This document shows, one piece after another, positions 58,201 through 64,000 of a stretch of 64,000 nt of DNA. Source of the stretch: Macrostomum lignano. Its lineage: Eukaryota. Location of the stretch: positions 310,001 through 374,000 of the forward strand of contig NIVC01000180.1 in NCBI GenBank assembly GCA_002269645.1, read 5' to 3'. Under the pieces are notes generated by a model that saw only the letters and a list, made by a program, of their open reading frames with translations, was not told where the DNA came from and did no database searches. Every line of letters starts with the position of its first letter. The stretch's first letter is position 1. Position numbers and translations under genes: made by a program.

Positions 58201-60886
58201 CGCTCCCTCTCCATCCTCCCTCTACTTCTCCCGCTCCCTATTAATATCCTCCCTCTACTTCTCCCGCTCCCTCTCCATCCTCCCTCTACTTCTCCCGCTC
58301 CCTATTAATATCCTCCCTCTACTTCTCCCGCTCCCTCTCCATCCTCCCTCTAATTCTCCCGCACCCTATTAATATCCTCCCTCTACTTCTCCCGCTCCCT
58401 ATTAATATCCTCCCTCTACTTCTCCCGCTCCCTCTCCATCCTCCCTCTACTTCTCCCGCTCCCTATATCCTCCCTCTACTTCTCTCGCTCCCTCTCTATC
58501 TTCCCTCTACTTCTCCCGCTCCCTCTCCATCCTCCCTCTACTTCTCCCGCTCCCTCTCCATCCTCCCTCTACTTCTCCCGCTCCCTCTCCATCCTTCCTC
58601 TACTTCTCCCGCTCCCTCTCCATCCTTCCTGTCGCTCCCATTTTGATCTCCCCTTTACTCCCGTCTCCCCTTTACTCCCGTTACTCCCGTCCCCTTTTAA
58701 CTCCCGTCTCTCACACCCCTCGCTCCCACTCTTCCTGCAACCTCTCTGCTATCGATCCATCCGAGAGTCCCTCACCTCCCCGACCCCCGCAGGGTTTCGG
58801 CCAGACGGAAACCTGCGGCCTCGGCCTGTGCCAGCGGCCCGGCGACCCGGCCAGCAACCACACCGGCCGGCCGATGCTGGGCATTGAAGTCCGCCTCGCT
58901 GACGCCCCCGACGCCGACTGTCCGAACGCGGAGGCTGACGGTCGCGGCGAGCTGTGCATCCGCGGTCCGACCTGCTTCGCTGGCTACTTCAAGCAGCCGG
59001 AGCGCTCGGCTGAGACTCTTGACTCCGACGGCTGGGTGCACACCGGCGACATCGCCCAGCTGCTCCCCGGCGGCTCCTACCGCATCGTTGACCGGGTCAA
59101 GCACCTGTTCAAGCTGGCCCAGGGCGAGTACATCGCGCCGGAGAAGATCGAGCTGGTGTACTGCCTGAACCCGGCCATCGATCAGGTCTTTGTTGATGGT
59201 CGCAGCGAGCGCTCCTGCCTGCTCGGCATCGTGGTGCCAACGTTGGACGCCGCCAAGGCCTGGCTGGCCAAGAATCCCGCGGACACGGCGGCTGCGGCTG
59301 GCGATTCGCCTCCAGAGCTGCTGGCCGCGGCCTGCGGCAGCGCCGGATTCAAGGCGCACCTGCTGGGCGAGCTGCAGCAGCTGGGCAAGCAGAAGGGGCT
59401 GCAGAGCTTCGAGCAGGTTGGTTGCTGGATTTGCTGGCTGACTGGGCTGCCGCTTCCAGTAGCTTGGACTGATGGGTGATATCATGTGGTCTAAAGTGAT
59501 GATCTTAGGTGACCTTGAATGGTGATCTTAGGTGACCTTGAATGGTGATCTGAGGTGACCTTGAATGGTGATCTGAGGTGACCTTGAATGGTGATCTGAG
59601 GTGACCTTGAATGGTGATCTGAGGTGACCTTGAATGGTGATCTGAGGTGACCTTGAATGGTGATCTTAGGTGACCTTAGGTTTTCTCCGATAACCTTCAG
59701 TTTTCACAGAGTGGCTGGCTTTCGGTGATCTGATAAGTTTAACCCTATCGAACCCGGTACCATGGCCCACAGCTTTGCCGGCTTGCTATCAAAGACAACT
59801 TTTTTTAAGCCTGCAGAAATCTTAGCCGCAAGAACACAGACTTACAGGTGACGGATGGTACACCATGCATGCCATGATTAGAAATGCAATTAACTCGTGG
59901 CTTGGAGTTTTTTATTTAAAGGTTTTTATGGTTATAAACTATAGAAATAAACTAATTTATTAAACAATTTCTCAATAATTTCTTGCAATAAAACTGGAAC
60001 AAAGAAAGGCATATCATTTGAATCGTACAGTCTAAAAAAAGTATAAAAACACGAGAAAGGTAACCATTTTTTGCAGGAGGTATGGGAAAAAGAACTGATA
60101 TTTGAAGTTTTGAAGAATTTGTTTCCTGTGTTTCGACCCCATACGAGCTACCTGAAAATACGACATTGGAACGACATTGGAACGAGAAGAAGAAACGGAT
60201 ACATACTCAAGTTTCGAACACTGCACAGGATAAGTTGCGCAAACTTGTGCGAACTCTGAACACTGGCTGAGGAGTCACAGGGAACAGGGAGTGCACTTAA
60301 ACGAATAAACTGCATGGCCATATTGGATACCAAAAGCTCTAATTTAAATAACTTGTAATGTAACAGCGATACAAAATAAAGCCTAATAAAGCCTTACAAA
60401 CAGGATATATACACAAATGGAAAGCGTACTAAAATGTATAATACACAAAATAGTATATAAGGTAACACAGGAAAAAGAAAAAATAACGGCAATAAAGAAA
60501 CACACAAACCAGGCGGTCAATCGGTGGAGCTGTGAATTAAAGAAGAACGAAATGAAGCAATTATAAACGCTGTAAAATAAGAAGCGTGAGTGAGACCCAA
60601 AGGCATCAAGTCTCAGTTAACTTTGAGACCATTTTAGGTTTCCGTTGAGATATCTTGAGTGATTCTGAGTGTCTTAACTTCAATTCATGCCTAAGCTTTT
60701 TAAATATAAACCCAACATCGCCTCCACCTCAACAACCCTCGCCAGGTGAAGGCCATCCTGCTGCACCCCGAGCCTTTCAGCGCCGAGAACGACCTGATGA
60801 CGCCCACGATGAAGCTGAAGCGGCCGCAGTTGCGCAAGAGGTTCGCCGACGCCTTCGACGCCATGTACGCAGAGGTGGAGCCGTGA
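52205..60886 (+). CDS. ACSL: Long-chain acyl-CoA synthetase (ACSL1/5/6-like), about 657 aa
   Basis: Exons 52205-52369, 54837-55031, 55892-56192, 56300-56388, 56790-56978, 57641-57907, 58793-59416 and 60746-60886 are frame-consistent; possible ATG-only exon end at 50322-50324. Motifs: GPCLGTR, VPLYDTLG, ICYTSGTTGQPKGVM, SYLPMAHILER, GFGQTE, GELCIRGP, GWVHTGD, IVDRVKHLFKLAQGEYIAPEKIE, LMTPTMKLKR. Confidence 0.92.
52780..54370. repeat. ~1.6-kb polypyrimidine (C/T) array in ACSL intron
   Basis: Almost exclusively C and T, with ctctcccc/tttccccttc units and longer higher-order repeats. Confidence 0.95.
55150..55840. repeat. 24-bp minisatellite (ccctgatccttcaggccacctcag) in ACSL intron
   Basis: Tandem copies. 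Confidence 0.95.
56410..56775. repeat. 15-bp minisatellite (cagaatccccatcat) in ACSL intron
   Basis: Tandem copies. Confidence 0.95.
57005..57560. repeat. 21-23-bp purine-rich minisatellite (ggcagatcagggagggatagg) in ACSL intron
   Basis: Tandem copies. Confidence 0.95.
58050..58760. repeat. ~31-bp pyrimidine-rich minisatellite (ctccctctacttctcccgctccctctccatc) in ACSL intron
   Basis: Tandem copies. Confidence 0.9.
59500..59680. repeat. 23-bp minisatellite (ggtgaccttgaatggtgatctga) in ACSL intron
   Basis: Tandem copies. Confidence 0.9.
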
Positions 60887-61075
60887 GGCGCCGTGTCGCC
60901 TGATCACCCCGTTGCCTCATTAATCAAAGGAGATTATTTAAAAACTCCTTAAACTTCCCACCAGATATCCTGTTGACTCTACTGTTAGTAGCGTGCAAAG
61001 TCCATCATTTTTTGCAGTTGATGGACAATCAAAGTAGAAAGACGCTGCACTCACAAATCCTGCAATATTCGACAG

Positions 61076-62234
61076 TATGATGATGATGGTGATGATCATG
61101 ATGATGATGGTGATGATCATGATGATGATGGTGATGATCATGATGATGATGGTGATGATCATGATGATGATGGTGATGATCATGATGATGATGGTGATGA
61201 TCATGATGATGATGGTGATGATGATCATGATGATGGTGATCATGATGATGATGGTGATGATGATCATGATGATGATGGTGATGATGATCATGATGATGGT
61301 GATCATGGTGATGATGGTGATGATGATAATGATGATCATGATGATGATGGTGATCATGATGATGATGGTGATGATGATGATGATGATGGTGATCATGATG
61401 ATGATGGTGATCATGATCATGATGATGGTGATCATGATGATGATGGTGATGATGATCATGATGATGATGGTGATGATGATCATGATGATGGTGATCATGG
61501 TGATGATGATCATGATGATGATGGTGATGATGATCATGATGATGGTGATCATGATGATGATGGTGATGATGATCATGATGATGGTGATCATGATGATGAT
61601 GGTGATGATGATCATGATGATGATGGTGATAATGATAATGATGATCATGATGATGATGGTGATCATGATGATGATGGTGATGATGATCATGATGATGGTG
61701 ATCATGATGATGATGGTGATGATGATCATGATGATGGTGATCATGATGATGATGGTGATGATGATCATGATGATGGTGATCATGATGATGATGGTGATCA
61801 TGATGATGATGGTGATGATGATCATGATGATGATGGTGATGATGATCATGATGATGGTGATCATGGTGATGATGATCATGATGATGGTGATCATGATGAT
61901 GATGGTGATGATGATCATGATGATGGTGATCATGATGATGATGGTGATGATGATCATGATGATGATGGTGATGATGATCATGATGATGGTGATCATGGTG
62001 ATGATGATCATGATGATGTTGATAATGATGATCATGATGATGATGGTGATGATGATCATGATGATGGTGATCATGATGATGATGGTGATGATGATCATGA
62101 TGATGATGGTGATGATGATCATGATGATGGTGATCATGGTGATGATGATCATGATGATGGTGATCATGATGATGATGGTGATGATGATCATGATGATGGT
62201 GATCATGGTGATGATGATCATGATGATGTTGATA

Positions 62235-62280
<46 letters not shown>
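61076..62280. repeat. ~1.2-kb interrupted (GAT)n array with GGT and CAT variants
   Basis: atgatgatggtgatgatc-type higher-order units. Confidence 0.95.
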
Positions 62281-62829
62281 GGACTCAGCCTCCGAACTCG
62301 CAATTGAAGTTCAGTAAATGATAAAGTTTAAAAATGGTGATTAGAGATCATATCTGAAGTTAAATGTATTTTTTGAAACTAATGCTGGACTTGCGAGTAC
62401 AGCGTCCTTGTACTTTAGAGTTGTCCGTGATGCAGTGTTGTGGAAACTTGAGTTTATTCCCCTAACAACAAAGGCTCGCTGCGCATTAATTCCGTTTTTG
62501 TTTCTTAGAAAAGCCGCGCAAGTCCCTGCCGAGCATTTACCGTATCCCGCTGTTTGCAATATTCGGCTCTATAAACATTTTAAACAACTTCCAAATCATT
62601 AAAATTGGTTGTTTTGCAAATATTAATTAGACACTTTGACCGCTTGGAGCTGTTCATCGAATGCTTTAATAACAATGTGTAAGAAATATTATATAATACT
62701 AGCACAATACACTTTTTGCTATCCAGTCTGATCGAACTGCCGCTTCTGTGGATTGAAAGTACCGTTTCGAATTTTGTTTCGTTTGGGCTGACGTTTTTAT
62801 TATTTCCGGCCCTTTAAACAGATCCCGGC

Positions 62830-63770
62830 TGAAGCACATGTAGCTCCCGAAATTCGGAATCCCACAATCCTGAATTCTTGAATCCTATCCTGCATTTCTG
62901 AATCCAATCCCAAATTTCCGAATTATACAATCCCGAATTTCCGAATCCTATAATACTTAATTTCCGAATCCTACAATTCTGAATTTCGGAATCCACCCCG
63001 AATTTTCGAATTATACAATCCCGAATTTCTGATCCTACAATACTGAATTTCCGAATCCAATCCTGAATTTCTAAATCCAATCCCGAATTTTCAAATGCAA
63101 TCCTGAATTTTGGAATTCAATTCCGAATTTCCGAATTATACGATCCTTAATTTCCGAATCCTAAATCCGGAATTTCCAAATCCTACAATCCTGCAATCAG
63201 CAGTACTGCAATCATGAATTTCGGAATCCTGCAATCCAGAATTTCTGAATCAGACATGTAAAATTCTGAATTTCCAAATCCCACAATCCTGAATTTCCAA
63301 ATCCCACAATCCTGAATTTCCGAATCCTACAATCCTGAATTTCCGAATCCCACAATCCTGAATTTCCGAATCCTACAATCCTGAATTTCCGAATCTCACA
63401 ATCCTGAGTTTCCGAATCCTACAATCCTGAATTTCCGAATCCTACAATCCTGAATTTCCGAATCCTACAATCCTGAATTTCCGAATCCTACAATCCTGAA
63501 TTTCCGAATCCTACAATCCTGAATTTCCGAATCCTACAATCCTGAATTTCCGAATCCTACAATCCTGAGTTTCCGAATCCTACAATCCTGAGTTTCCGAA
63601 TCCCACAATCCCGAGTTTCCGAATCCTACAATCCTGAGTTTCCGAATCCTACAATCCCGAGTTTCCGAATCCCACAATCCCGAGTTTCCGAATCCTACGA
63701 GTACAATCCCGAGTTTCCGAATCCTACAATCCTGAATTTCCGAATCTCACAATCCTGAGTCTCCGTATTC
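62830..63770. repeat. 23-bp minisatellite (aatttccgaatcctacaatcctg) with degenerate left half
   Basis: Tandem copies; homogeneity increases rightwards. Confidence 0.95.
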
Positions 63771-64000
63771 CGAATGTCTGACTGTGTTTTGGGGGTTTCC
63801 CAACGCAGAATTCTCAAATCCGGGCCGAGATCTGATCTAAGCCGTTAATTCCTGCATCCGCCTGCCCTGAGTCGCATTGGCCATGACTTCTCATCATGAA
63901 TTCTCCACATGGCGTCCAGCTATTTACGAGTTAGTCTGCGCATGCGGAACTCACCAACCAGCCTTCCAACTGTAATCCTTTGTCTGTTAATATTTAATGC

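Noticed and set aside
60938-62321. Poly-His, poly-Met and poly-Ile ORFs
   Set aside because: By-product of a triplet array, with no convincing start or splice context.

Overview
Eukaryotic (metazoan) genomic DNA with GC-rich exons and introns packed with minisatellites. Gene content and style suggest a free-living flatworm such as Macrostomum (inference, not verified). I reconstructed ten protein-coding genes by hand using splice sites and frame continuity: PIAS-like SUMO ligase (-, runs off the left end), temptin-like secreted protein (-), four-TM claudin/PMP22-like protein (+), NAAA-like amidase (-), calmodulin-like protein with an RS/H-rich tail (+), HOIL-1L/RBCK1 (-), SHARPIN-like (-), an orphan single-TM ORF (+), an SLC22-family transporter (+) and a long-chain acyl-CoA synthetase (+). 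Mobile DNA includes a 5'-truncated RT-RNase H non-LTR retrotransposon, a tRNA-derived CORE-like SINE and two MITEs, alongside about 33 distinct tandem arrays. Main highlights: (1) two LUBAC subunit genes sit in tandem on the same strand, and the SHARPIN-like protein carries an eIF4G/4E-BP-type eIF4E-binding motif right after its NZF finger, suggesting a link between linear ubiquitin and translation control; (2) the retrotransposon is flanked by an apparently identical 300-bp direct duplication containing the end of the NAAA coding sequence; (3) a 28S rRNA fragment is scarred at the R2/I-PpoI site and lies between 12-bp direct repeats; (4) two genes begin with in-frame, Met-less acceptor exons, compatible with the flatworm spliced-leader AUG acting as start codon. 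All homology calls come from motif recognition; no database searches were run.
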